This document shows positions 26,251 to 38,979 of a DNA stretch of 62,073 bases, one piece after another; positions within the stretch are counted from its first letter, which is position 1; every line of letters begins with the position of its first letter. Position numbers and translations under genes: made by a program. The stretch comes from Negaprion brevirostris. Taxonomy: Eukaryota. The stretch spans positions 21,560,098 to 21,622,170 of the forward strand of contig JARDVH010000193.1 in NCBI GenBank assembly GCA_030324005.1, read 5' to 3'. The notes under the pieces were generated by a model that was not told the origin of the DNA, did not search any database, and saw only the letters and a list, made by a program, of their open reading frames with translations.

Positions 26251-27509
26251 TCCCCAGCACAGCTGCACCAAGTTTATTCCTGTCCTCTTTTTTTGAACTG
26301 GGGTGTTGTCACTGGGAAGAGTTTCCTCCAACAGTAGTTGCCAAAATGAATTGGTATCCTCTCTTCAAATGTTGAGGTGCAACCCAAAGGAGTCAAAGCA
26401 ACCCACAGGTCCCAGATATGCTTTTGCTGGTTTCTATTTCCTGCACATAAATCAGTTCAAAGGAAACTGGCACTAATAGAAGGAACTCCGGTCAAAACAA
26501 ATCAATAGCAGCCACTGGCACTGAAGATCTTTAAAAGATCTGATGCACTTACTTAAAGGTGTATTTAAATATCATTCCAAAGTCTTATATTCAGCAGGTT
26601 TGCCAGGTGCCTTGATCCTGCAGTTTTCATTAGAGTACTGGGGATTTGGTATCCAGCACATTCCTGAGGCCAGAAGTGGTGTGTTACCATACTTACACAT
26701 CCAACCACTTCAGTTGATGCTTCACTGGCAGTCAGGTGGGGCGCTTTTTACCTACCTGATGGGAATAGGATGTTCTTCCTGGAATAAAGTCTCCAAGGCA
26801 TGAATAGAGACTCAACCATTTTTGCATTCCAGACAAGAAGCAACTTTCTGATTGAATACTGCACCCCTCATCCCTGACACTCCCTCATAAAAATTGTCAG
26901 TCATCAGGAACTGCATGGGGACAGGCAAAATCTCTTCCCCTCAGTGAGTAGACTGTCTGATTACGAGTGCAATTCATCCTGAGAGCCAGCCCAGCAAATG
27001 AAAATGAAGCATAAACCTGAAGAATCATCATGCAAGTGACCTGATCACCAACCCATTTCATACTTGTTTAAGAACCAAATATTTGGCTTAATTCCCAAAA
27101 AAAGTTGTTTGTATTCATCAAAGGACATTTTGCCAAAAATAACTCAAACAATTCCGATCTTTATTACATCAGCTAAATTATCATTTGGAGTGCAGCCTCG
27201 TAATCTCTCTCAAGTTTCCATTATTTTCAATGTAATGAGTTAAAATATTATACAGTGGTTTATACTGCAAGATTCTTGGTATACTTTTTGATCATTACAC
27301 ACCTAATACACTCAAGCATATAATGACATGTCCCTCATGGATGGAATCTTAGCAACTGAATTAAATGATCTACCACAGATCATAGACAATTCACCCAGTA
27401 AAATAAATACTTCTTCTCTATCTTGTGAAATCAATGAAGCAAGCAAAATAATTCTGCATTCTTTCTAGAATAAGTGTGTGAAATAAATACTTCAATACTT
27501 CAGTAAGTA

Positions 27510-27868
27510 TCATAGGAATAGGAATAGGCCATTCAGTTCATCAAGCTAGTTCTGCCATTCAGTGAGACCATGGCAGATCTGTAGCCTAACTCCATATACT
27601 TGTTTTTGGCCCATATCCTTCAATATCTTTGCTTAACAAAACTTCATCTATCTCAGATTTAAAGATAACAACTGATCTAGCATCAGCTGCCATTTGTGGT
27701 AGAGAATTCCAAACCTCTATCACCCATTGTGTGTGGAAGTGCTTCCTGACATCTCCCCTGAATAGTTTGATCCTAACTTTTAGACGATGCCCCCTAGTTC
27801 TAGAAACCCCAACCAGTGGAAATAGTTTATCTTTATCTCCTCTATTTTTTCCTATTGGTATCTTGAAT
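27510..27868 (-). mobile_element. CR1 LINE 3' end
   Basis: cataggaataggaataggccattcag... tail and a TRGHRLK motif on the minus strand. Confidence 0.8.
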
Positions 27869-28122
27869 AGTTACAGAATACTGAGGGACCTAGATAGATT
27901 GGACATGGAGAGGCTGTTTCCACTAGTGGGAGAGACTAAAACTCAAGGGCACAATCTCAGAATGAAGGGACGCTCCTTTAAAACTGAGATGAGGAAGAAT
28001 TTCTTCAGCCGGAGGCTGCTGAATCTATGGAACTCATTGCCACAAAGGCCAAGTCATTGAGTATCTTTAAGACAGAGATAGATAGGTTCTTGATCAATAA
28101 GGCAGGAGAATGGGGATGAGAA
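27869..28122 (+). mobile_element. CR1 LINE 3' end running into a gap
   Basis: YRILRDLDRLDMERLFPLVGETKTQGHNLRMKG...LLNLWNSLP. Confidence 0.85.
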
Positions 28123-28657
28123 NNNNNNNNNNNNNNNNNNNNNNNNNNNNNNNNNNNNNNNNNNNNNNNNNNNNNNNNNNNNNNNNNNNNNNNNNNNNNN
28201 NNNNNNNNNNNNNNNNNNNNNNNNNNNNNNNNNNNNNNNNNNNNNNNNNNNNNNNNNNNNNNNNNNNNNNNNNNNNNNNNNNNNNNNNNNNNNNNNNNNN
28301 NNNNNNNNNNNNNNNNNNNNNNNNNNNNNNNNNNNNNNNNNNNNNNNNNNNNNNNNNNNNNNNNNNNNNNNNNNNNNNNNNNNNNNNNNNNNNNNNNNNN
28401 NNNNNNNNNNNNNNNNNNNNNNNNNNNNNNNNNNNNNNNNNNNNNNNNNNNNNNNNNNNNNNNNNNNNNNNNNNNNNNNNNNNNNNNNNNNNNNNNNNNN
28501 NNNNNNNNNNNNNNNNNNNNNNNNNNNNNNNNNNNNNNNNNNNNNNNNNNNNNNNNNNNNNNNNNNNNNNNNNNNNNNNNNNNNNNNNNNNNNNNNNNNN
28601 NNNNNNNNNNNNNNNNNNNNNNNNNNNNNNNNNNNNNNNNNNNNNNNNNNNNNNNNN
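28123..28657. other. Largest N run (assembly gap or mask); others near 2004, 13921, 17050, 36530, 45299, 46500 and 61426
   Basis: N runs, nearly all inside young repeats; three are exactly 100 N. Confidence 0.95.
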
Positions 28658-29764
28658 TCTATCAATATCCCTTTGTAATTTTATGCTATCGGTGCATTGC
28701 ACTGTCCACAATAACTTTGTGTCATGTATTGTTTGTTATTATCTTTGAGTTATCTCGGATTAATATATACTAGCTACACTCAATAGCGCTACATCAGGTT
28801 TTGAACTTCAATCATGTAATGGCAATAAATATGAGTGGTGTTTATTGAATTATATGGGAGAGTTCCATACTTATTATGAATATCTCTTTTAAAACCTTAA
28901 GTTTTTAGCATGCTGCATCCAGACTTACATGCTGAAGAGGTTAGAGATCACAAGCTAAACTACTTTGTTACACAATGCCAGTCATCCACAATTCAGAAAT
29001 GATAACCCCTGCTGACATTGTTTAACTGCTGCTTTGTGAGACTAATTATCACGTCAATTATAATCTTGTATCTTTTGACATCTGAAATCACTTTTTAAGA
29101 AATGTGAAAAGTTTTATTTATTCAACATGAGGAAGGACAAAATCGGCTAAAAGTTGCATCTGTTTCTTGGTGCATTAAAGCCACATCAGTTTGTTTTCTG
29201 GAACGTTCAATCCATTAAATGTAGCTTGACTACCATACAAATATGACCAATTTAAACGGATAAGGGAAGAAATTGGTCTGTACTGTAACTGATTTCAATG
29301 GGCGCAAAGTAAGACTTGGCACTATCTGCCACAGCAGTTATGCCCACCTCCCCAGCTGTGCACTGTCTTAGGTAATGACTCCCATAGTGCCAGTACATCC
29401 ACCTAAAACAGATATTTTGTGCATAAGATTCTCAATAACACTGACTATAACCAATGTTGTTCTTGCCACATAGTCAAAACACCCATCTTCCTAAGTAAGC
29501 AAGCCTTGTACTAAAAAGTACTTGTGAAAATCTAGAATAGGATAATGTCAATTCTATTGTGTTTCTTTCATAAAAGTTATGTGGTCTCATGATGCAGGAG
29601 GAAATAAATAACTACATTAATGGGGAGTAATGTCATTTGCAATTATATTTTATTTTTCTCTCTTTTAATTTTGGATCATAAACACTCTGTCCAACATTAC
29701 ATGAAAATGCTTTATTAATATAACAGATTAAATCATTCCTTCACTTTTAAATTTGTGCTTCCAG

Positions 29765-29891
29765 GATCTTGCACAAGTGAATGTTCAGCGTTCTGAGTTT
29801 GCTCAAGAGATCAACAACTATCAGGGAATGGTGCACAAGATGAACGCACAGTTAACCACTGTTACAGAACAAAAGAATAATGGTATTAAAG
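29765..29891 (+). CDS. PMFBP1: Exon B (127 nt, phase 0/1): DLAQVNVQRSEFAQEINNYQGMVHKMNAQLTTVTEQKNNGIK
   Basis: Acceptor tgtgcttccag, donor AAG|gtaata, phase joins exons A and C. Resembles PMFBP1 [26 protein letters not shown]. Absent from the ORF track. Confidence 0.82.
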
Positions 29892-30059
29892 GTAATATAT
29901 TTATTATAAATCAGAGGTGAAAATATTATCATCGTTGATGTTTTAATATCTTGCAGGCATAGTTTGCTTTTTGTTTGTATAGAGAAAAACGTGTTTGAAA
30001 GATCATGTGGCAGATTTTAACTCCAAACAACTTTCTAATGGGCAATCACACAGAATATT

Positions 30060-31385
30060 AAACCACAGGGATCAATGCTGGGACCTGATATTTATATCAG
30101 TGACATACATGAAGGGACCAACGTAAATTTGTTAAATTTGCTGACGAAACAAAGATAGGTAGGAAAGAAATTGTGAAGCGAGAATTAGGAGTCTGCAACG
30201 GGACATAGGTAGGTTAAGTGACACCACAAGGTACAGTGCAGAAGAAGGCCATCTGGCCCATCAAGTTTGCACTAACTTTCTGACAGAGTGTCTTACCCAG
30301 GCTCTCTCCCCAGTCCTATCCCTGTAACCCCATGCTACCGTAGCTAATCCACCTAACCTACACATCTTCTGATACTAAGGGACAACTTAGCATGGCCAAT
30401 CCTTCTAACCTGCACATCTTTGCAATGTGGGAGCAAACAGGAGCCCCCAGAGGATACCCACACAGACACAGGCAGAACGTGAAAACTGCACACAGTGATC
30501 TAAGGCCAGAATTGAACCCAAGTCCCTGGTACTGTGAGGCAGCTGTGCTAACCTTGTGTCACCACACTGTAAGTGGTCAAAAAATTGATTGATGGAGTAT
30601 AATGTGGGAAAATGTGAACTCATCCACTTTAGCAGAGATAGTAGGAAAGCAGGATATTATTTAAATGGCAGAACTCTGAGATACAAAGGGATCTAAGTGT
30701 CCTGGTATATAAGTGAAGAAACATTAATATGCAGGTACAGCATGTTATTAGAAAGGCAAATGGAATGTTGTGGTTTAATGCAATGGGAATATTAAAGCAG
30801 GGTTGTTTGGCTATAGTTGTATAGGACGTTGGTCAGACCACATCTGGAGTACTGTGTACAGTTTTGATCTCCTTATTTAAGAAAGGCTATAAATATGATA
30901 GAAGCCATTCAGAAAGGTTTGCTGAACTGATACCTGGGATAGTGGCTTGATCTTACAAGAAAAGGTTGCACAGGCTGTATTCCATGTAGTTTAGAAAATT
31001 GAAAGGTGATATAATTGAACTATATAGGATCCTGAGCAGATTGGACAGGGTGGGTACTGAAAGGATATTTCCCCAAGTGGGAGAGACTAGAACTAGGGGC
31101 CATAGTTTGAAAATAAGGGGTCCCCCTTTTAAGATAGAAATGAGAAGAAATTCCTTCTCTCAGAAGATTGTGTGTGTTTTTGAAACTTTCTTTCCCAGAG
31201 AATGGTGGAGGACGGTTCAATTATTATTTTTAAGGCAGAAATAGATAGATTCTTGATAAGGGAATCAAAGGTTATTGGGATAGGTGAAATGTAGAGTTGA
31301 GGCCACAATCATATCAGATATGCTCTTATCGAACGGCGGAGCAGGCTGGAGGAGCCAAATACCCACTCATGCTCCTAATTTGTAT
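30060..31385 (+). mobile_element. CR1 LINE 3' ~1 kb (RT to tail) with a nested HE1
   Basis: PQGSMLGP, KFADETK, LVRPHLEYCVQF and TRGHSLKIRG motifs, then the CR1 tail. Confidence 0.88.
30231..30568 (-). mobile_element. HE1-type V-SINE, full length, inserted in CR1
   Basis: tRNA head (aattgaaccc), V-domain and CR1-like tail; it splits the CR1 DIGRLS|WxK region. Confidence 0.85.
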
Positions 31386-32305
31386 ATAAATTGTGTTGGA
31401 GTGTAACCTGAGGTAATGGTGCATTCTTTCACCATCCACCTTTGCCTTTCCAGGCGGTATAGTGGTCCTGGTTTTAGAGGTCCTGTTGAAATGTTGGTGC
31501 CTTGCTGCAGTAGATATAACACAATCCAACCATAGCACACAAGTGGAGGATGTTTAAGCTAGTGGATGGTGTTAAATTTCTTGAGTATCTAATCCAGGCA
31601 AATAAAAAGTATTCCATCACACTACTTTACCATACTCTTTCATTACTTTTGTCCCCATACTAAAGAACATTCAGAAACACATGTTACAATTTGAAGTCAT
31701 AGTCATGTATTATCTGGTATCTAAACAGGATAGCTCATCACCATCTTCTCAATTAGGTTTCAACACCAAATGCGTATTTTTGCTAGCAATACTCACGTTC
31801 CATGAACAAAAATAAATATGTAAAGATGATTGGATAGAAAGATTGCAACAGTATTCAAGATGCAACATTTTCAATTTCCAAAACTGCTAAAAGACATAAG
31901 CATCCTAAATTATATTACAGGTATTGAAGACCATTCATTTTAGGCAGACTACGAAATTCCAATGATCCTCTGCTAAGAAACAAAACATTAATGTACAAGA
32001 AGAATTAACATTCCAATACTGAATGCAACATTAGCAATTTGATGGTTATTTTGTTATCTTTCTATTAATAAATCAGGATGCTGACATTCAGAACCTCAAA
32101 CTGATTAAAGTGTCAAATTTGTTCGCTATGCTATAAACAGCATTCTTAATAAACTACATTTTGCTAAAACCCGCTGATTGATCCTTGGCCCCTCTCTTTG
32201 ACATCTGTCCTTTTTGTAACTTAGTGCAACTGCTTCATTATTTAGCTGCCATCAGATTCTTTAATAACATTCTGTAACATTTTGAAACTAACATTTTACC
32301 TAAAG

Positions 32306-32463
32306 ATGTAGCACGCTTAGAGAAAGTTGTCCAAAGCCTGCAACTTGATGTGGCCTCTGAATTACAAAAACACCAAATGGAGTCAGCCAAACTGGAACAG
32401 CAGATCTTTCAACTGGAAAACGACCTCCGCAACAGTCGAAAACTATATAACCAGCGAGAGCAG
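32306..32463 (+). CDS. PMFBP1: Exon C (158 nt, phase 1/0): (D)VARLEKVVQSLQLDVASELQKHQMESAKLEQQIFQLENDLRNSRKLYNQREQ
   Basis: Branch-like ctaac at 32288-32292, AAG acceptor, donor CAG|gtaagc, heptad-rich open frame, phases consistent. Confidence 0.82.
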
Positions 32464-32579
32464 GTAAGCAATTAAAGCAGAGGGGTTAATATTATCATCC
32501 AGTTGTATATTCCCAAAATAATGTGGAATTTAAGACATAGAATTACATAACATGTTTGAATAAACAGCAATGTCTTTTT

Positions 32580-32930
32580 TAAAATTCATTCATGGGACCT
32601 GGGTGTCACTGGCTGGACTAGCATTTATTGCCCATCCCCAACTGCCCTTGAATTGAGTGGCTTGCTTAGCCATCTCAAAGATCGTTTTCTGGTCAACCAC
32701 ATTGCCGTGGTCTGGAATCACACATAGGCCTATCCAGGTAATGTGGCCCAAAAGGACATTCATGAACCAGCTCGGTTTTTATAACAATCAACAATGGTTT
32801 TGTGATCAACTTATTAGGCTTTTGAATTCCTTTTTTTTACTGAATTCAAATTTCACCATCTGCCCCTATGGGATTTAAACATTATACTCGCTCTCCAGAT
32901 TACTAGTCTAATGAAAATACTACTCTGCCA
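32580..32930 (-). mobile_element. Short non-autonomous element: LINE family B 5' head/UTR joined to the family B 3' tail
   Basis: Minus strand matches 4160-4470 (ctggttca...atgtccttt...cagcaatgtggttgac...aagccactcaatt), then gggcagttggggatgggcaataaatgct. Confidence 0.75.
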
Positions 32931-32973
32931 ATGTTATCAAAGACTCTTGCTCCAGTTAATTGATAGACACAGA

Positions 32974-33174
32974 TTTTTTTGTTTGTTTTTATTCCAATTC
33001 AATCCAATCAAGTCCAATCCAGAGTCTCAGCAAATTGAGACATTCCCAATCCAAGCTGACAAGACAGGGCTCTCACCTCCTGCCTCAGGCTTGATCTACA
33101 TGATTGGAGTAGGTAGAACTCCACCTCCAAGGCTTGATCTCATTTGCATCTTAGCCAAAAGGCCAAGATGCTGC
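32974..33174 (-). mobile_element. U2 snRNA-headed A-tailed retroposon (SINEU-like), copy B
   Basis: Minus strand GCATCTTGGCCTTTTGGCTAAGAT matches 22/24 of vertebrate U2 nt 4-27; two AGATCAAGC hairpin units; AATAAAAACAAACAAAAAAA tail. Confidence 0.75.
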
Positions 33175-33904
33175 TTTTAAAAAAGATTTTATCTTTACAT
33201 CAAATCACATATTCACGAGGAAAATGTAACAAAACTTTAAATACTTATGCTACAAGACTGATTTTTTTATATTGTATCACAAATCAATGCTTCTATTCTC
33301 CTATAAATCTACTGTAACAAGTTTACAAACGTAGATGTTTACAATTCATACTCATCTAATGGACCTGTAGTGGTGTCTCTATCCACTCAGGCTGAATAGG
33401 CATGGAGAGGGATCAGACGTCATCAAGCTTAAATCCTGAAGTTTCTTTCTTCTTCTGTGGTTCTTCTCTTCCAGTTCTGTTCTTCAAAATTCCAATATTT
33501 ATTCTTCTGAGACTGACTGGAATAGATGCAGTTCTGCATGTAGTCATTTACCATAGGCATATCCAAATTAGTTTATGGCAGTCTGCCCAAGCTCAGGGCA
33601 GTATCCTAAACCTGTTTAACTCCTGGTTCCTGCCCATTTGATTGATTAGAATGACTTTATTATCCATCGTAAAACCAAAGCCATTTGTTACAAGTAAACA
33701 GAGCAGTCTACGTATTCAGCCTAGAGTTAAAACCATCTGTTCTGATGTTAGCCACATTTTCCATCAGGCCATTGTAGTGTCCTTTTCTTTGCTTGGCCAT
33801 TTTTGATTAGACTATAGCCCACCAGCTACACCATCATCCCCCACAGAGGCATGCAACAATATTATAAATATTGAACTATTATACATTTGAGACTATTTTA
33901 TAAG

Positions 33905-34231
33905 CATAGAATCATAGAACGCTACAATGCAGAAGGAGTACATTTGGCCCATCAAATCTGCACCAACAACAATCTCATCCAGCACTATCCCCATAACCCC
34001 ATGCATTTACCCTAACTACTACCCCTAAAACTAAGGGACAATTGAGCATGGTCAATCAATCTAACCTGCACATCTTTAGACTGTGGGAGGAAACCGGAGC
34101 ACCCAGAGGAAACCCATGCAGATACCGGGAGAATGTGCAAACTCTACACAGACAGTGACCCAAGCCAGGAATTGAACCCCAGTCCCTGGTGCTGTGAGGC
34201 AGCAATGCTAACCACTGTGCCATCGTGTCGC
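33905..34231 (-). mobile_element. HE1-type V-SINE, full length
   Basis: tRNA-like head (tggcacagtggttagc; gggttcaattcc), V-domain, CR1/HER1 tail ending (ttctatga)n. Confidence 0.92.
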
Positions 34232-35530
34232 ACTAATTGATCATTTCAAAAATAACAGATTTGAAAACATTGTTCAATAATGGTAATACATGAAGATTCA
34301 CAAGTGTAATTTAAAAAGTTTTTGTTTCCTAGACATAAATTTTCCTCAATGTACTAATAATAAGGAGGAATAATTTTGATTGTGAGCGTTTTCAATAGTC
34401 CAATTGCTAGAATACTTACCTCATATCTACTTTTATTCAGGGTCCGACACTCTTTATCAATCTGTGTTGAATGACCTGGGAAACATTCTAATCCAGTCTC
34501 TGCTGGCTAGGAAATTGATTGCTTATCTCACAATGTGGAAAAAGCCATGAGCAATTTAGAATAAATGTTAGTCAAAACTGATACTTGCTTGCAAAAAAAT
34601 TATGACAATTTACTGTCCTACAAGTTTCTCATTTATAATTAACTAGAAATGTAATAAAATGTGTTTTTAAGTAAAACAAAATGAACAGATGATGTGTTTT
34701 TTAACATATAGATACACAATAAGTAATAACTTAGCCAGATAAAAAGTTTCAACTTAATAATACCTGCAGTTCAGAAAGTTCACTGTACAATATAATCAAA
34801 TATCTGAGACACTGGGGAGAAAGCTAGTAAACAACTGACACTAACTTAACTCAAGTATTACACACNNNNNNNNNNCATTCGGTTAAAATATTTTTGTTGC
34901 TTAATAATTTCATAGATACATAGCAACATTCATCCCTTGTAAGGAAAAATATTTCATCCTAGAAACTGTCAGGTGAGGGCTACCTTTTTTTTCATTTGAG
35001 GGTTGTTTCAAACGTAACCTGGATATAATTCATTTTTACACTACTTCACAAAATAGAAATACTGCAACATGATTAAACAAAATAGACTGCTGATGATTTC
35101 TGTGATTTAAACCTTTCAGTTACCTAAGCTGCTCTTTGATTAAAATTGCAGTCCAGTGTGGGTAAACAGATTTTTTAAAAGCATATGTTGGATTATAAGA
35201 TCACTTTAGCACCAATGTTAATTTCAAACCGTATATATTAAATTAATGAAATTGCCTGCTGTTGATTCATATTTCAGGGCCTTAAGATGGATCTGCAGCT
35301 GGTCACCTTCATCATAAGTCTATAGATTTATTCTTAACACAGTTCTGTGGTTGATGTGTTGTTTGAAGCTGTATAGTCACTTTGATGTTTCTGATTTAAG
35401 CTTTAATGCAGCTTCTGATGGGCACGATCAACTTCTGATCCAAGTGATTAAGCATAGGTTTTGGGCCACTTAAATAATGCCCTTAGAAGTGAATTTGCAC
35501 TATACATACTCTGCATGGTTTCCTCCAAAG

Positions 35531-35777
35531 GCAATACAGAAGAGAGATGACCTCTTGAGGAAGTCCGAAACAGACCTGCTCCAGGCTCGTGATAGTATCA
35601 AAGGGAAGGTAACAGAAATTGAGAAGCAAGGCGCTGTGGTGAAAGGCCTAGAGATGGATCTTCAGAGGCTGGAAAAGGAAAAGCAGCAAAAAGAAAATGA
35701 AAACATTTCCCTTAAGGCAGAGATGGAGCAGCTGAAACAGGATCTACAAAACAGCAATAAAAACTGCAGAGAATTTG
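35531..35777 (+). CDS. PMFBP1: Exon D (247 nt, phase 0/1): AIQKRDDLLRKSETDLLQARDSIKGK...LKAEMEQLKQDLQNSNKNCREF
   Basis: Acceptor tttcctccaaag, donor TTG|gtaagg. Lies within ORF 35477-35839; coiled-coil composition. Confidence 0.85.
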
Positions 35778-36629
35778 GTAAGGCGTGCTGGGATTTACTG
35801 GTATGTTCCACGGTATGCAATTTCCAACATAATCGCTGATTGATGCAACAAAAGCCTAGCCTTATTTTCCTGTCTAAAATGTATTTTTCTTTAAGAACAA
35901 CTAGGTTATTCAAATGCAACTTTCAGTCCCCTAATGTTTTTGTATATATTTTAAGTGGCTCAATGTTCTGCTTGAATGCTTTTCATTATTTTTTTCTGTT
36001 TTATTGAGTTAACTCAGTTGCAAAAAGTTAGTGAGTTACCTGATATCTCACTGCAACACCCTTCTGTTGGTGACATAGATAGTGGGATGGATTTGGCTGT
36101 GAAAATCAGACAACAGTTTCCAGTGAGCATGGACATGTAGTTAAATATCAAAATCCATAAGTCCTGTCCAAAGTATGCCCATCTAAAAGCAGTAAGCAGC
36201 AGGCAATTGCTGTACTGACATTGTGGCCAGAATTTTATCGGCACATCCGTCCTGATTCCAGAGGCAGGCAAGGCTCAGAGAACAGCACTCTCTGTTGGCC
36301 TCGGGTGGGATCGTATGAATCTTGGGCAGGCATGCTGGTACAATTCCACCCTAAGGTCAGGACAAAAGGTCGAGTCATTCCTGTCTAAATACCCTTTTAA
36401 CAATGTAATAAGGCTTAATTACTGCCAAACAACCTCCCTGGCACTGAAAATTAATTTTAACAGGAGGCTCATTTCTTCACTTGGAGTATTTTTAACGTTT
36501 TTTGTCTTATCTATCTTTGCCTCCATAAGNNNNNNNNNNNNNNNNNNNNNNNNNNNNNNNNNNNNNNNNNNNNNNNNNNNNNNNNNNNNNNNNNNNNNNN
36601 NNNNNNNNNNNNNNNNNNNNNNNNNNNNN

Positions 36630-38330
36630 TCTGTTTTAAAGGATTGTCCCTCTAGTCTGAAGTTGTGCCCTCTGGTTCTAGCTTTTCCTATTAGTGGAAA
36701 TATCCTCTCCTCATCTACTCTATTCACACCTCACAGTATCCTGTGAGTTTCAATAAGATTGTGAAGTTGTACAAATGAAATAGTGGCATGATGAGAAAAC
36801 TGGTCAAGTATTTGGTACAAAATAAGGGAAGCTGACCAAAATGCCAGACCCCTGTAAAACTTGATAAGACTGATTCCACATAACTTAAGACATGAATAAA
36901 GACCAGAGACGGTCAAGCAGTGCCTAATCTCTGTAAGACCTGATAAGGCTGACTCCACATGACCTAGGGCTGTATGAGTGAGACAAGATAAGAGCAGAGA
37001 TGACGAAGTCATCGGTCTTCTTCTGTCCTATCAAAAGGACAAAATAAAGGTATGAATGATGAGTCAAAGAGTTCAAGGAGGTCAGCAGGTTGTACCATTA
37101 TTTATGACATTATTTATGATGCCTCTGTTGATCAAATTCCTGAATAAGTTCTGGTCATGCAAACTGATAATGATTATGTATAAATACAGAATTGATTTTT
37201 TATGTAAGCGCAGACTTGAGAAGGAATTAGCAAGTCATAACGACAGCTCTCCAAACTCAAGTTTTTGCCAATACTGCACGCAGTCTTTCGCAAATAAAGA
37301 CAAGTTGTTTTGTTAGAACGAACTTTGTTGAGTCTTTCCACCACAGTCAGGAAGCAGGGAAAATTCCACTTCAACAAGATCCCCCCCTCATCCTTCTAAA
37401 CTCCAATGAGTACAGACCCAGAGTCCTCAACCATTCCTCATATGACAAGCCCTTCATTCCAGGGATCATTCTTGTGAAGGTCCTCTGGATCCTTTCCAAG
37501 GCCACACATCCTTCCTTAGATATGGGGCCCAAAACTGATCACAATACTCCAAATGGGGTCTGACCAGAGCCTTATACAGCCTCAGAAGTACATCCCTGCC
37601 CTTGTATTCTAGCCCTCTTGACATGAATGCTAATATTGCATTTGCCTTCCTAACTGCCAACTGAATTTGCACATTAGCATTGCTGAAAAGAACCTTAGGC
37701 ATTGTAAGGGAGTCCTTGTTCATTTCCCCATTTAGAAAATACTCTATGCCTCCATTCCTTCTTCCAAAGTGCATAACCTCACAATTTTCCACATTGTATT
37801 CCATCTGCCACTTCTTTGCCCACTCTCCTAACCTATCCAAGTCCTTCTGCAGCCCCCTGCTTCCTCAATATTATCTGTCCCTCCAAATATTTTTGTATCA
37901 TCTACAAACCTAACAACAGTGCCTTCAGTTCCTACCTCCAAACCATTAATATACATTGTGAAAAGTTGTATCCCATGCACTGAGCCCTGAGGCACACCAC
38001 TAGTCACCAGCTACCATTCTGAGAAAGCCCTCTTTATCCCCATTCTCTGCCTTCTGCCAGTCAGCCAATCCTCTATCCATGTCAGAATCTATCCTTAATG
38101 GCATGGGCACTTATTTAACAGTCTTTGATGTGGCACCTTGTCAAAGGCCTTCTAGAAACCTAAATAAATCATGTCCACTAGTTCTCCTTTATCTAACTTC
38201 CTTGTTACCTCCTCAAATTAACAGATTTGTCAGACATGACCTCCCCTTGACAAAGCCATGCTGATTTGCCATGCACTTCCAAATACTCCACAATCTCATC
38301 TTTAAAAATGGATTCTAAGATCGTCCCAAA
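36630..38330 (-). mobile_element. CR1 LINE RT region interrupted by a solo LTR
   Basis: DRLGEWAKKWQMEYNV...LYKALVRPHLEYCDQFWAPY; TRGHNFRLEG. Confidence 0.9.
36760..37376 (+). mobile_element. Solo LTR (617 bp) with a 4-bp TSD
   Basis: TGTGAAG...CTTCAACA termini; AGAT on both sides (36756-36759, 37377-37380); TATAAATA at 37179-37186; AATAAA at 37293-37298; CR1 sequence is continuous across it. Confidence 0.88.
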
Positions 38331-38979
38331 GATTTTAATTCAATCTTTCTTTTCTATTCTATTTTATTTGCTGTACTCAGTTTTACATGAAATTCACTAT
38401 TCTCACTGACCCTTCCTTCCTCATACTCTGCTGTTCATTAATGATTCTTCAGTCTACTTGGTTAAAGAGATGCTCAGTAGTCCCTTGTGCTGTTTACACA
38501 GATCCTGGATGGCCTTTAGAGGCCAAACCATTTGGACATCCTGTTGACAGCAAATTGCTGTGTAAAACCCATTGAAACTCTGTGGACACTTGCAAGTCAA
38601 ACAAAATGCTTGTAACATTTGCTGCTTAGACCAAAAGCCAGCATAAAGTAATTAAGATAGAGGTTGCCTATTCAACTAGCTGTGCTACTTCTTTCCTTAC
38701 TACTTGTCTTCCAGTGCCTTAATGATTGTCTGACTTCCAATCTTCGACAAACCATAAATTCCCAATTGTTGCATTCCAAACCTTTTCAACTGTTTTCATC
38801 AGAAACTATCTTTCACATTACATGCCCTAAGGTGTGGTATTCTGATCCTACCTTCCTGCTTCTTTATCTTTTTTTCTTTTAACCAAACCTTCATTCACCC
38901 TTGCAATGATCTTCACCATTGGCTCAGTGTTTATACTGATGTGAAATACTTTCATATTTTTTCTCAGGTTAAAGTTGTG

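Noticed and set aside
28054-28748. Long ORFs of ~200 aa (also 1882-2439, 16929-17473, 46334-46818)
   Set aside because: Artefacts of N runs translated as X.
32965-33195. Target-site duplications around the U2-headed copies (aaaatct for B, aaagt for A)
   Set aside because: Too short and A-rich to distinguish from chance, so not used as evidence.
33430-33570. Short minus-strand ORF (MPMVNDYMQN...)
   Set aside because: About 43 codons, with no splice support or recognisable homology.
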